From positions 17,298,001-17,362,000 of the forward strand of contig NC_135834.1 in the NCBI RefSeq assembly GCF_964213995.1: a stretch of DNA of 64,000 bases, written 5' to 3'. This document shows positions 11,768 through 24,379 of this stretch, piece by piece (positions within the stretch are counted from its first letter, which is position 1; every line of letters begins with the position of its first letter). Both the position numbers and the translations under genes were made by a program. A model generated the notes under the pieces. The model made no database searches. It was given only the letters and a program-made list of their open reading frames with translations, and was not told where the DNA came from. This DNA is from Mustelus asterias. Taxonomy: Eukaryota.

Positions 11768-14700
11768 AAGTAAAGTAACTGTTAGTGAGTATTTGGTTGA
11801 TGCATTGCACGTATTTACTGTTGTTTAAGTAGCTACAGAATAAAATGAATTGTGTTTAAGTATTTAAATTCCAACTTATGTCATTATTCGCGACAGAAGT
11901 TAAAACACATATGTTTGTGCAACACCGGACATCACTGCAGGAGTGCCAAGAGACAGTTTTTCTTGAAAGTTTATCCATTAGTGTCACAATTAGGCTTGCA
12001 TTAGCACTGCAATGAAGTTACTGTGAACATTCTTTGGTTGCCACACTCCAGGAGCCTGTTCGGGTACACTGAGGTAGAATTTAGCAAGGTCAATGCACCG
12101 AACCAACAGGTTTTTCGGACTGTGGGAGGAAACCGGAGCACTTGGAGGAAGCCCACGCAGACACGTGGAGAATGTGCAGACAGTGACCAAAGCCTGGAAT
12201 TGAACGCGGGCCCCTGAAGCTTGAGGCAGCAGGGCGAACTACTGTGCCACCGTAGAGGCCAAAAGCTATTTGCCTCCTTCATCACTGACCTCCCCTCCAT
12301 CAGGATGTCAGAAGTGGAGATGTTCGCTAATAATTTCACAATGTGAAGCACTATTCGTGACTCATCAGACAGTGATGCAGCCGGGATCCTTACACAAGCA
12401 AACATCTGTGCTTGGTCTGATATATCGCAAGTGTAATGTAAGGCACACAGGTGTCAGGCAGTGCCAGTTTCCAATAAGAGATAATCTAACTTCTCCCCAT
12501 CACATTCGGTGGAATCACCATCGCTGAATCCCACACTTTCAACAACCTGGGCGCTTAAAACTGGCCATAATCTGACTGGGCCAGACGTTTAACGCAGAGG
12601 CTGTAGGATCTTACCGGAGACTGTACATTTGGAGGCGTGAAACTCACCGTTTGTCTCGCCAAAGCCTGTCTGCGATTTAAAGGTCAAAGCCGCTGAAATA
12701 CTGTTCACTTGCCTGGACGTGCTCGAATCAAGAAACACTCAAGAAAGCTGATACCATCCTGAACACGTTCGATAGGCACTCTTAGCACCACCGCAAATAT
12801 TCAAAATTGTGCATTTTAGAAATGACATGACCTAATCCGGCAATTATTAATACAGAGGCTAATGCACATAATCAGAACAATGCATGTTGTACTCAGACAC
12901 TCTGTTTAAACAGGGAATTTGTATTTTATTCTGTAACTGAAGTAGTGCCCAGTGTGATAAATCAGAGTCACGGCCCAATGAAATAGAAAGAGCCTGATTG
13001 TGCACTGCAGTATACTGTGAAAGAAAGCCTGTGCATTACAATAAAAGGGCATGGCCTCGTGGAGTAAAGTGATCTCATGAACCAAAGAAAACTCATTGCA
13101 CTCATTGCCTATTAAAGTGGACATTCTGGCACCCATGGTCTCGCATTCTGCGATGGTCAAAATTCTTATTTTATTAAGATCGACAGAAATGTACACCAGG
13201 AATTGAGACATTTTGTTTTGCTATTGATACCCAAACACGAGCAAAGGTCACCATAATCGAAACCTGGTTGTACTTTCAGTCCTCAGGGACGTCCTGAGAA
13301 AGGAATCAACTGGCACATCAGCGTGAGCTCTTTCTTGCTGTATAAATATTAGAAACAGTGACTGACTTGCACATACACAGAATCCGCCTATCACGTTCTC
13401 TGACGAGCATTAGGTCTCAGTGCTATTCCTCTTTCTTCCCCACGAACCGCAGCATATTGTAACTATTCAAGTAACAATCTCATGCCCTCCTGAATGCCTC
13501 GATTGAATCTACCTCCGCAACACATCCAGGTAGTGCATTCAGACCGGAATCACTTGTTGTGTCAATCCGTATATTTTCCTCACGTCACATGTGTTTCTGC
13601 TGCAAATCTCTTTAGATTTGTGCCCTCTTCTTGATCGTTTTACGTGGGAGAGCATTTACTCCCTATCTTCTCTCTCCATCCCCTCATGATTTTCAACACC
13701 TCTAACAAATCTCCTCTTAACCTTCTTTTCTCCAAGGAGAACAGTTCCAAACATCTCAATCTATTCTCACAGCTGAGGTTTCTCATTCCTTTCTTGCAAA
13801 GCTCTTCTGCACTCTTTCCTAAGTGTTCACTCCCTTCCAATAATGTGGCGAACAGAAAAGTAATAAATTCCTGCTGAGGTCTAACTAGTGTCTTCGATAT
13901 GTTCAGCCTAAAACACTTGCTCATATACTCCGTGCCCCATTTATGAATTTCAGAGCGCTACATGTTTTTTAACTGTTCTCTATACATGCCCTGCCACCTT
14001 CAATGATATATGCACATATACACCCAGTTGCCTCTGCTCCCTTTTAGAATTTTACCCCTTATCTTAAATTGTCTTTCCATTTATTTCTACATCTCAAAAC
14101 GCAACACTTCACACGTCCTTGCATTGACCTTCATCTGCCACCCATCTGCCCACTCTGCAAATGCATCTGTCATTTTGAAATCCTCCACTATCCTCTTCAC
14201 AATTTACAATACTTCCATGTTTTGTGCAATACACACACTTTCGCACTGTCCCTGCAAACCAAGATCATTCATATATATATCAGAAAAAGCAAGTGCTCCA
14301 ATACCGAACTCTGGGGCGCACCATTCCAAGTCTTCTTGTTCCATCCACCATTACTCTACTTCCGATTATTAAGTCAATCTTGTATCCAGGTTGCCATTGT
14401 CCCTTTTATTCCACGGGCTCTATTTTTCTCACAAGTCCATTGTGCGCAATTATATCTAATGCCTTCTGAGAGTCAAAGTACACAGCATCAGCAGCATTAC
14501 CCTCATTGACATTTTATGGGACCTTGCCAATGAAAAATGCAAAAGCTCTAGGCTCACTTGCCTCTTTCCTCCCATCAGCATATGTCTCTACCTTTCACAA
14601 CACTGACAACATATAGTGCTGCTTAAAAAAAGACAACTGAATAATACTGATCAACCGTGCTGACAGCTAATACACTTAATAATTTTTTAACAGCACGTAT

Positions 14701-17700
14701 TAATTTATTGTTAATGATTAATACAGTGGTGATATTAAAATGTAACTGGGCCCTTCCATTGATTTTTGGCGTTCCACTTTGGAGCCGTGGCAGCTCCAAA
14801 AAAATAAAGGCAATCCAGTACATGAAAACAAAAACTTCAGTGAGGCGCAGGTGCATTTATATGTTTGTGACAATAACTTAATTAATGAAAAGTTTCAAAC
14901 CGACTAATCATCTCCCTGAAGTCTGCAATCGTGTATAAACATGAACATTTTTTGGGGCGTTACAGAACACACTCAGTGCCTCTAGTCGAAATGCACGGGG
15001 TACCACAAGGTCTGGTGTTTGCCATTTACTATCCCATCATTGCAGCTATTGGAGTACCTGGTAAGCTATTCAAGTTAGTTAGTTAGTAGGTGTGTCAGTC
15101 ATCTTTACACTGCGTTAATTCTACCATATAGCAGTCGCTCTTATCCACGGTACAGATTGTCTTTTCTAATGTACTGAGATATATTTCTACAATTCACTGA
15201 TGTCATGTCTTTTCTTCAACCGCTATAATTCCTCCTCATTTTCACCATCTTTAGCGCAACACTTTTAGTGTATGTATTCATAACTTGAATATTATGATTA
15301 CTTTCCTTTCTAACATAGTATTCTGGCATAAATTATAGAATTTTCGAGAAATTTCCATTGTTACCAGCATATCTTTTTCGTATCAGCCGACACTATGTGT
15401 CCTCTTTAACAATATTGTGCTTCTTTGTGACCAGTTACATCTATTTCTGTTAATTGTATTGTTGTTTTCCCGTCTTACAGTGTAAATCCATTGTGATGCT
15501 GTTACTGGGGTAAATTCATAGACTGTGATCAGGATGGAAATTAAATTTCATTGCGTTGTTCACAAAACTATTGTGTGCAGATAACAAACAAATGTTATTG
15601 TGGTGTAAATATAGTTATATGATGGCATCAACATTCTTCTTGCAAATAAATTCTCACATTTTTGATGCAATGCCATGGCGTACTATGGCCATTGTTGTTG
15701 CGGGTGACTCCAATTGCGATCACGGTGTATCTGTAGATTCCGTATACCATTAGCTTTGACAGTGACGAAATAATACCCACCAAGGATTTAGTTTATTGAA
15801 GGACAGAGAATTTAATAATTTTTGACTGAATTATTTTCGTAAATTTATTGAAGGGACTTAATTAAGCCCCAATGTGTTTGCACATATAACAGATACATTT
15901 TACTTGAGCTCCAATGGATGAATTTTGTTTGCCTCTCAATCACAGAGCGCAGTGTTTATGGTCTCAGTCGCTCACACTCAATGATTCAGCCTGGCATATC
16001 TCTTCAATATTAACTGATCCTGATGTGTCCAAGTTGACGACTGCTGATACCAGATTGCCTTCTGCTCACACTTGGCAATGTCTGTGACTGATTGACAGAT
16101 ATATTACGTTCTCCACATTGTATGAGACATCTCAAATGTTGTAAAAACTTGGATTCAAGGTAGCATAATTGTTTTTCAATTCAAATATCCAATATATGAA
16201 AAATTTAGTTTTTTACCCCAAAAGCCGAGTGGAGCAACGAATAGGTCTTACATTGCTGAAGGGTCATTCACCTAATGGAACCTCATCATTTCCCATTTCC
16301 AATGGCCTGGAATGACACCAAAGATCGCAATGCATTTCCTTGGGAAGTTGAAAGATTTAGCTCTACATCCCAAACATGTGTTCCACAAAGTCGGGAAACG
16401 CAACACATCAATTCTCATCCCTCCCTTGCAGATTGTTGTTGACCAAGTTGACTGTTGACATTCACACCAGTGAATGATTTCACATTAGTTACTTGAAATC
16501 AATCACTTCTAATACTAAGTGCATCATAATCCGTTGTTACTTTCGTTTCCACACTTATTGTTCGCAGTTTTGCTGCACAGATGCTTATAAATGCTCCGTT
16601 TTCCGTTATTGTTCTGCTGATGTGATATACAACTTTGCATTCGAGTTTGTTGTGTTTTCGATTTCTTCTTTCACTCTTTTATGTTTCCTTGGAATATTTG
16701 ACGATAACATGATATTGTAAATCCTTATTTGTAATGTACCCCACAGTGCTCAAACTTGGAAATAATAATCCTGAGAGTAAAGCATGACTTCCACTTTATT
16801 CTGACGTGTCAAACTCTCAGATTCCTGTGTTGAACGTTTTATTCAGCCCAGACTCACAATGGTCTCCCTCTCTTTCTATTATAGCGAACATGGCAGTGAT
16901 TGTGATCCTGTCGCGAAGGACATGTGGTCTGTCCAGATGTATAACATACTACCTGGTGTCCATGGCGGCGACAGATCTCTTGGTTGTGGTGACGGTTGTC
17001 ATATTAAACCGGATCGCTGGGATTTATTTTCCAAACAGTTTCCTGTCCATCACACCAGTATGTGGTGTTCGTGCTTCCTTAAACTTTGCAGCCATTGACA
17101 GCTCTGCCTGGTTAACTGTCGCTTTTACATTTGATCGATTTGTGGCCATTTCTTGTCAGAAGTTGAAAATAAAATATTGCACTGAGAAGGTGGCAGCACG
17201 GGTTATAGGAATTGTATGCGCACTGTCCTGCATGAAGAATATATCCACATATTTTGTTTATAAACCTATATACATAATCAATAATGTACCATGGTTTTGT
17301 GGTGTAAAAGATATATATTACACATCACCGGCTTGGGCCGCATATGATTGGATTCGATCCATTTTAACCCCCTGTCTCCCATTCATTCTGATTTTGCTGC
17401 TAAATGCTCTGACTGTCAGAAACATTGTAGCGGCCAACAGAGCCCGCAGGAGACTCCGGATCCAGAACAATGGCGAGAATCAGAGTGACCCAGAAATGGA
17501 GAAGCGGAAAAAATCCATTGTTTTACTCTTTGCCATCTCCGGAAGCTTCATCCTGTTATATCTTCTGTTCTGCGTATCCATCCTCTATGTCCGAATTGCA
17601 GAACTTACTTATTCCACAGGTTCCGATTTCAGTAATGCGACATTTGTTCTCCAGCAGAGCGGATATATGCTTCAGTTACTGAGTTCCTGCATCAACCCTT

Positions 17701-20187
17701 TCATTTATGCAGGGACCCAGAGTAAGATCAGAGAGGAGTTAAAGAATGGAGTGAAATATCCATTTAACATAATTGTTAAAATACTTTCTTGAATTAAATA
17801 GGCCAATCCAACATGATCCGATATTCTTACTTTCATATCCATGTCGAGTATAAGATTGGTTAATAAACGTTGCATTCCGCATTAGTTAGCTTTGTAATGT
17901 TTACTAGTTATTTCCCAGTTCTGTATCCTGTCGCTCGCTGAGCCTTTGAGCATTCTGATCCCTCATTCTCCAACTGATCCTCCTCTTCGCCTCCATCTAT
18001 TTCCCTCCTTCTCTTCCCTTCCTCTTTTTGTCTTCGGCTCCTGTTCCGCTTCTGTTCCTTTACACTTTCACCTTCACTCCTCTTCTATTCTTCCCACCTA
18101 TTTCTCCTCGTCGCATTCTCTTGTAATATGAGCACGTCGCTGACAACGGCAGCATTCGTTTCCCATCGTCGCTTGCCATTATTGAGAGAGAGGTGGTTTG
18201 ATTTAGACCATAAGACCATAAGACATAGGAGCGGAAGTAAGGCCATTCGGCCCATCGAGTCCACTCCACCATTCAATCATGATATGATTTGATTTATTAT
18301 TATCACATGTATTAGTATCCAGTGAAAATATTGTTTCTTCCGCGCTGTACAGGCACAGCATACCGTTCATAGTGAAGGAAACGAGAGAGTGCAGAATGCA
18401 GTGTTACAGTCATAGCTCGTGGGCCGGAAAGATCAACTTAATGCAAAGTCGGTCCATTCAAAAGTCTGATGGCAGCAGGGAAAAAGCTCTTCTTGAGTCG
18501 GTTGGTCGGTGACCTCAGACTTTTGTATCTTTTTCCCGACGGAAGAAGGTAGAGGAGAGAATTTCCGGGGTGCATGGTCCTTAATTATACTGGAGCCGGT
18601 GTAGTGAAATCCCTCGCTCTCGAAGTGCAGCGCCGGCTGGTGTTTATGGACTAGCTGGACACCAACATCGTTCCACGATGCGCAAACTCTAATGCGGTCT
18701 GTCAAATGTTCAAACTCATGCCGCGGCGACATCTGGTAAATGCAGCTTTGCTGCTACAGATCCATGTCAGCCTTCAGAAGCTGAGAAATACCTGGCAATC
18801 TTGCCATCTTCTGCTTATGTGTCGACGTATCTGCCACAGCTTCCGTGAACTGACACGAATGGATTTGACCCCGGATTAAACCAATGTCAGTAACCACTAA
18901 CTTCGCTGTATTCGAGTTTCGAGGTGGTGTGTGTTCTGGAAACTATTTGATTGCTGCATTGAAAGTCAATTTCTCTGCCGCATTTGGAAGGCTACTGCGC
19001 CGGTCCAGCATTTGGCTGCATTTCTTAATGTCCTTTCATAGAGATAGAGGTGTAATGTGTTGGCGGCATGTTCACTTGACTACTCATTTGGTGTTCCATA
19101 TGAATTCTGGTGCGCAAGTGAAGAGTATATTTTTAGCTACACAACGGGAGCTTGCCCCTTTATGGCCTCTCTTTCAGTATTTGGAGCTTTGAACCCGCCC
19201 AACCATTCGTAATGACGTGCCCTGTCTCTTTGCCACCCGACTCAAACGTCTCTCTATTCACGCGCTGCAGGACGTCCATGCAGAACATCTCCAATCCGGT
19301 GCTCGGCCTGTCTCTGCGTTAAATCTCTCCTTTTCACCGGGAATTCCTCAATTTCCAGCAGTTATAAATCATAGATTAGATCATAGATCATTGATCCCCT
19401 AAAGTGCAGAAGGAGGCCTTTCGGCCCATCGAGTCTGCACCGACCACATTTCCACCCAGGCCCTATTCCCGTAACCCCACATATTTACCCTACTAATCCC
19501 CCTAAGACTCGGGTCAATTTAGCATGGCTAATCAGCCTGACCCGCACATCTTTGGACTGTGGGAGGAAACCGGAGCACCCAGAGAAAACCCACGTCGACA
19601 CGGGGAGAACGTGCAAACGCCACACAGACAGTGACCCGAGGCCGGAATTCAACCCGGGACGCTGGTGTGGTGAGGCAGTAGTGCTTACCACTGTGCCACC
19701 GTTCTCGAAATTAAAAATAAACACACAAGAGTTCAATGATCGTAGAGGCCCAGCTGAGGATCATGGTGCCACAGATATGACTCCAACTTGAGGATATTCA
19801 CTTATGAATGTGCAGGGCTCATACATGCTTCACCAGCGCCTTCCCAAAGAGGGCAATACAACTTTGACTGCCAATACGTCAGCCAGGCCAACTCTCTGTG
19901 GGACGTCCTCTTAAATCACCGCATTTAAGGCTAAAAGATCAATATTTTGCGCTGAAATGACCAGTCATTGAAAGGGAGATTCAGGTGACGGATCCAGTTT
20001 CAGCATTGCAGGCAGTGAGTCCAGCACAGATTTTCTGACCTACTCTGCTATAACAATCCAGCTTTTCACGTCTTGTGTCGAATATTTCCCCAAGAAACCC
20101 CTCTGACCGCTGACAACTTGGAACAACACATCATGGGTCACACCAGTCAGCCTGGACGTACCATTACTTCAGCCGTGTGTTAGGTTG
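11768..20187 (+). repeat. Segmental tandem duplication, copy 2
   Basis: Begins with agtaaagtaac and ends with gccgtgtgttaggttg, matching the ends of copy 1. Confidence 0.93.
14991..17792 (+). CDS. Intact two-exon class A GPCR, GPR139/GPR142-like; exon 1 14991-15060, exon 2 16885-17792, 325 aa
   Basis: Exon 1 encodes MHGVPQGLVFAIYYPIIAAIGVP plus one G, followed by a GTAAGC donor. The acceptor ttctattatag|CG at 16885 restores frame (70+908=978 nt). Seven hydrophobic segments with AATDLL (TM2), FTFDRFVAI (DRY-like) and INPFIY (NPxxY). The ORF-track start at 16806 is intronic. Confidence 0.88.
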
Positions 20188-20479
20188 CTCGTCCTCTCTG
20201 CTGTTTAGGCATTACTCTTTTTGAAACTAATCCTGATTGCAATTTCATTGTGACAGCAGACATGCGCTCAGCGCTACGGTCCTCGCCCACATTGCCTAAA
20301 TTTCATGACATGTCAGCCCTTGATTAAAAGTGCTTGAAGAATCAATTAGTAACTGCAATGCCGCTGCCAGGCCACAAAGTTTAGTTTCGGCCAATGGGGC
20401 ATGAGCAATGGGGAAAATCCTGGTCCAATTTCATTTCCAACGCCCACTCAAAAGAGCGCTGGTGTAATCTGAGTTGTTC

Positions 20480-23420
20480 GTTAGTTAATCTCTGAGATTA
20501 GGATCACGCACCTCCTGGGTCTGCTGAAAAACTGGTGTGTTAATATCGGGGTGAGGGCATTTGCTTATCCAGAGTTGTATCGAGGAATTGCCCCAGTCCT
20601 CCAACCGGCGAACGCACAAGCAAATCTACACAGATGGGAAGGTTGGAGCGACTGCTGTTCTATCCCCAATGTCTCTAAGTAGGAAAATACTCAAACGGGG
20701 AATTAGAAGAGCAAAAAGGGGTCACGAAATGTTCTTGGCAGACAGGATTAAGGAGAATCCCAAGGCATTTTATTCATACGTTAGGAACAAAAGGGTTGTT
20801 AGGGAAAGAATTGGACCTCTCAGGGACAAAAGTGGGGACTTATGCTTGGAGCCCAAAGAAGGAGGGGAGATCCTAAATGAATACTTTGCGTCGGTATTCA
20901 CAAAGGAGAGGGATGTGTTGACTGGGAGTGTCTCGGAGGGGAGTGTTGAACCGTTGGATAAAATCTCCATTACAAAGGAGGAGGTGTTAGGTTTGTTAGA
21001 GAATATAAAGACTGACAAATCCCCAGGGCCTGATGGAATCTATCCAAGGCTGCTCAGGGAGACGAGAGGTGAAATCGTTGGGCCTCTGACGCAAATCTTT
21101 GTCTCGTCACTGGACACAGGTGAGGTCCCAGAGGATTGGAGGATAGCCAATGTGGTCCCGTTATTTAAGAAGGGTAGGAAGGATAACCCGGGTAATTATA
21201 GGCCGGTGAGCTTGACGTCCGTGGTGGGGAAGTTGTTGGAGAAGGTTCTGAGAGATAGGATGTATGCGCATTTAGAAAGGAATAAACTCATTAACGATAG
21301 TCAGCATGGTTTTGTGAGAGGGAGGTCATGCCTCACTAACCTGGTGGTGTTTTTTGAAGAAGTGACCAAAATGGTTGACGAAGGAAGGGCCGTGGATGTT
21401 GTCTGTATGGACTTTAGTAAAGCGTTTGACAAAGTCCCTCATGGTAGGCTAGTGAAAAAGGTTGGATCCCATGGGATAAAGGGGGAGGTGGCTAGATGGG
21501 TGGAGAACTGGCTTGGTCATAGTAGACAGAGGGTGGTAGTGGAAGGGTCTTTTTCCGGCTGGAGGCCTGTGACTAGTGGTGTACCGCAGGGCTCTGTATT
21601 GCGACCTCTGCTGTTTGTGATTTATATAAATGATCTGGAAGAAGGAGTAACTGGGGTGATCAGTAAGTGTGCGGACGACACAAAACTGGCAGGACTTGCA
21701 GATAGTGAGGAACATTGTCAGAGGCTACAGAAGGATATAGATAGGCTGGACATTTGGGCAAAGAAATGGCAGATGGAGTTCAATTCTGATAAATGCGAAG
21801 TGATGCATTTTGGTGGGAATAATGTAGGGAGGAGCTACACGATAAATGGAAGAACCATAAAGGGTGTAGAGACGCAGAGGGACCTGGGTGTGCAAGTCCA
21901 CAGATCTTTGAAGGTGACGTCACAGGTGGAGAAGGTGGTGAAGAAGGCATATGGCATGCTTGCCTTTATAGGACGGGGCATAGAGTATAAGAGTTGGGGT
22001 CTCATGTTGCAGATGTATAGAACGTTGGTTCGGCCGCAATTGGAATACTGCGTCCAGTTCTGGTCGCCACATTACCAGAAGGACGTGGAGGCTTTGGAGA
22101 GAGTACAGAGGAGGTTTACCAGGATGTTGCCTGGTATGGAGGGGCTTGGTTATGAGGAGAGATTGGGGAAACTGGGGTTGTTCTCCCTGGAAAGACGGAG
22201 GATGAGGGGAGACTTAATAGAGGTGTATAAAATTATGAAAGGCATAGATAGGGTGAACGGTGGGAAGCTTTTCCCCGGGTCGGTGGTGACGTTCACGAGG
22301 GGTCATAGGTTCAAGGTGAAGGGGGGGAGGTTTAACACAGATATCAGAAGGACATATTTCACACAGAGGGTCGTGGGGGCCTGGAATGTGTTGCCGGGCA
22401 AGGTGGTGGAGGCGGACACACTGGGAACGTTTAAGACTTATCTAGACAGCTATATGAACGGAGTGGGAACGGAGGGATACAAAAGAGTGGTCTAGTCTGG
22501 ACCAGGGAGCGGCGCGGGCTAATTGTTCCTTGTTTCTCGTTTCAAGGCTTCATTCTATGATCATCTTGCTGGTGCCAGTACAGAGCGAGACTGCGGATAG
22601 TTGGGAACCTGTCTCGGGGGCCGGGAATTCATATGGTGTACGTGGAAGTGGAAATGACTAGGGTTGGGAAGCATTTCCCGATCAGGGCCATTGTGATCTC
22701 CTGGACTCGTTTCGATCGCCTCAGGGGGTCGGAGAGGAATTTCCCAGATTTTATTTCCCCATATTGGCCCTGGGGTTTTTCACTCTGGGTTTTCGCCTCT
22801 CCCTGGAGATCACATAGTCTGGAATGGGGGGGTGGGGGTGAGTTAATAGGTTGTAGTGAACAAAGCATCGTAGCTGTGAGGGACAGCTCGGTGGATAGGA
22901 TATTGGTATGTAGATAGGCTGGAAAATTGGGCGGGGATCCTGGATTCAGGATTCAATCCTGGACCGGGGAGCGGCGCGGGCTTGGAGGGCCGAAGGGCCT
23001 GTTCCTGTGCTGTAATTGTTCTTTGTTTGTTCTTTGTCTCTAAGTGAGCATCCAAAACGTCCACATCCTGATTCACCCACAACTCCACAACAATCATTCT
23101 CCTGCTCCAACGGGTTACATCGTATGTTTCTCATTTCGGTGACAGAGCCACAAGGAGTAGAGGCCATTCACCTGTATGGCTTGCAGTCAGGTTTGTCATT
23201 TTGCTTAACCCTGCCCTTGGATCGTGCGATCCAGTTGATGATCGGTAACACACCTGCCTGATTTATGCGTGAAGTTGAAACACGCTGCAGGAAAAAGGCA
23301 TTCACCTGCTCGAGTTCTCTACACGGCTGCTCGTTATACCTGTTGAAATAAAAACATATCCACACCATAGGCAGACCATTCACCTGTTCCGTCTGTGGTA
23401 GGGGCATTCACCCACTCCGT
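20480..23420 (+). pseudogene. Decayed C2H2 zinc-finger array, split by the CR1 at 20681-23034
   Basis: CIEELPQSSNRRTHKQIYTDGK at about 20576-20641; HKE*RPFTCMAC at about 23149; KAFTCS at about 23295; HIHTIGRPFTCSVCGRG at about 23354-23405. All resemble the HTGERPFTCxxCGK linker and finger. Confidence 0.6.
20681..23034 (+). mobile_element. 5'-truncated CR1 LINE with RT, long 3' UTR and 11-bp TSD
   Basis: RT motifs (DFSKAFDKV, PQGSVL, xADDTK), (TTGTTCT)n-like tail, and TGTCTCTAAGT at both 20670-20680 and 23035-23045. Confidence 0.93.
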
Positions 23421-24379
23421 TCCAAAAAGTCATCTAAAGGGCTTTGTTACCTTGTAAACATATTGGACTATAAAAAGATGGAGGAACTTGTAAGGTCATT
23501 CCTCTTGCAGAGAGCATCTCAGGGGTTCCTTATCAGTTTGAATATTTCAATCAAGGTCCACTTTATGTCCCTTCGGCAATCATAGCTTTGGAATTATTTC
23601 AGGAACTGGGGGTAAGTCAGCGGGTATCTCACCTCGCGGTTCCTGAAAGACTGCTTTAAGACAAAAAAGCTGATGGAAAACTCTCATCTTACCTGTATGG
23701 ATACAGCTCGAGAAATACTCGACCCACAGTGGGAGCAGTGACTGCCATCGACAAGATGCACTTCAGGAACCTAGCATGGCTCCTCGAGCAACACGTCCCA
23801 AACCCACGATTGCTATCATGTTGAAGGACAAGGGCAGATGACAGACGGGAACACCACTACCTGGAAGGACACCTCCAGCACAGTCACTATCCTGACTATG
23901 AAATATATGTCGCCTGGTCAAATTCCTGGAACTTCCTTCCTCGCAGCACTCTGGGTGCCAGAAAAACACAGGATCGGAAGTGGGTCAATGACATCGCTCA
24001 TCAAGACTTTCTGAATGGCAATTTAGGCTGTGCAATGAATGTTGCCCAGCCAGAGACGCACACAATCCCAGAAAACAATCATTAGCGTGTCTCACTGTCT
24101 TTACTGCCAAATTGACCCTTGAAACTTAATTCCAATGACTGCACGTGTGAACATTTTTCCTCCACGCCTTTTTCTATTCTATGCTTTGTTCTATTTTACA
24201 CTGTTTTGCGCTCGTTTCTGTTGTGTGTTTTCCAAGTCTCCTTTCATGTTCTGTCATGACGGAGTGACCTATGACAGCAGCGGGAGAACCTACCGTGCAT
24301 TGAGACAACGCTGTCTTTTAGAGTGGTCATGGATATTCTATATATCATCACCGGAAAAAGTCAACAGATCTGATGGATT

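Noticed and set aside
16806-16884. ORF-track N-terminus MSNSQIPV... (also 6293 and 56201)
   Set aside because: Intron read-through from a GTG. For the two duplicates the true TM1 start is in an upstream exon with canonical splice sites; for 56201 the acceptor is at 56220.
20561-22495. 644-aa ORF as a domesticated RT gene
   Set aside because: It is a TSD-flanked truncated CR1 nearly identical to another copy, with altered RT motifs.
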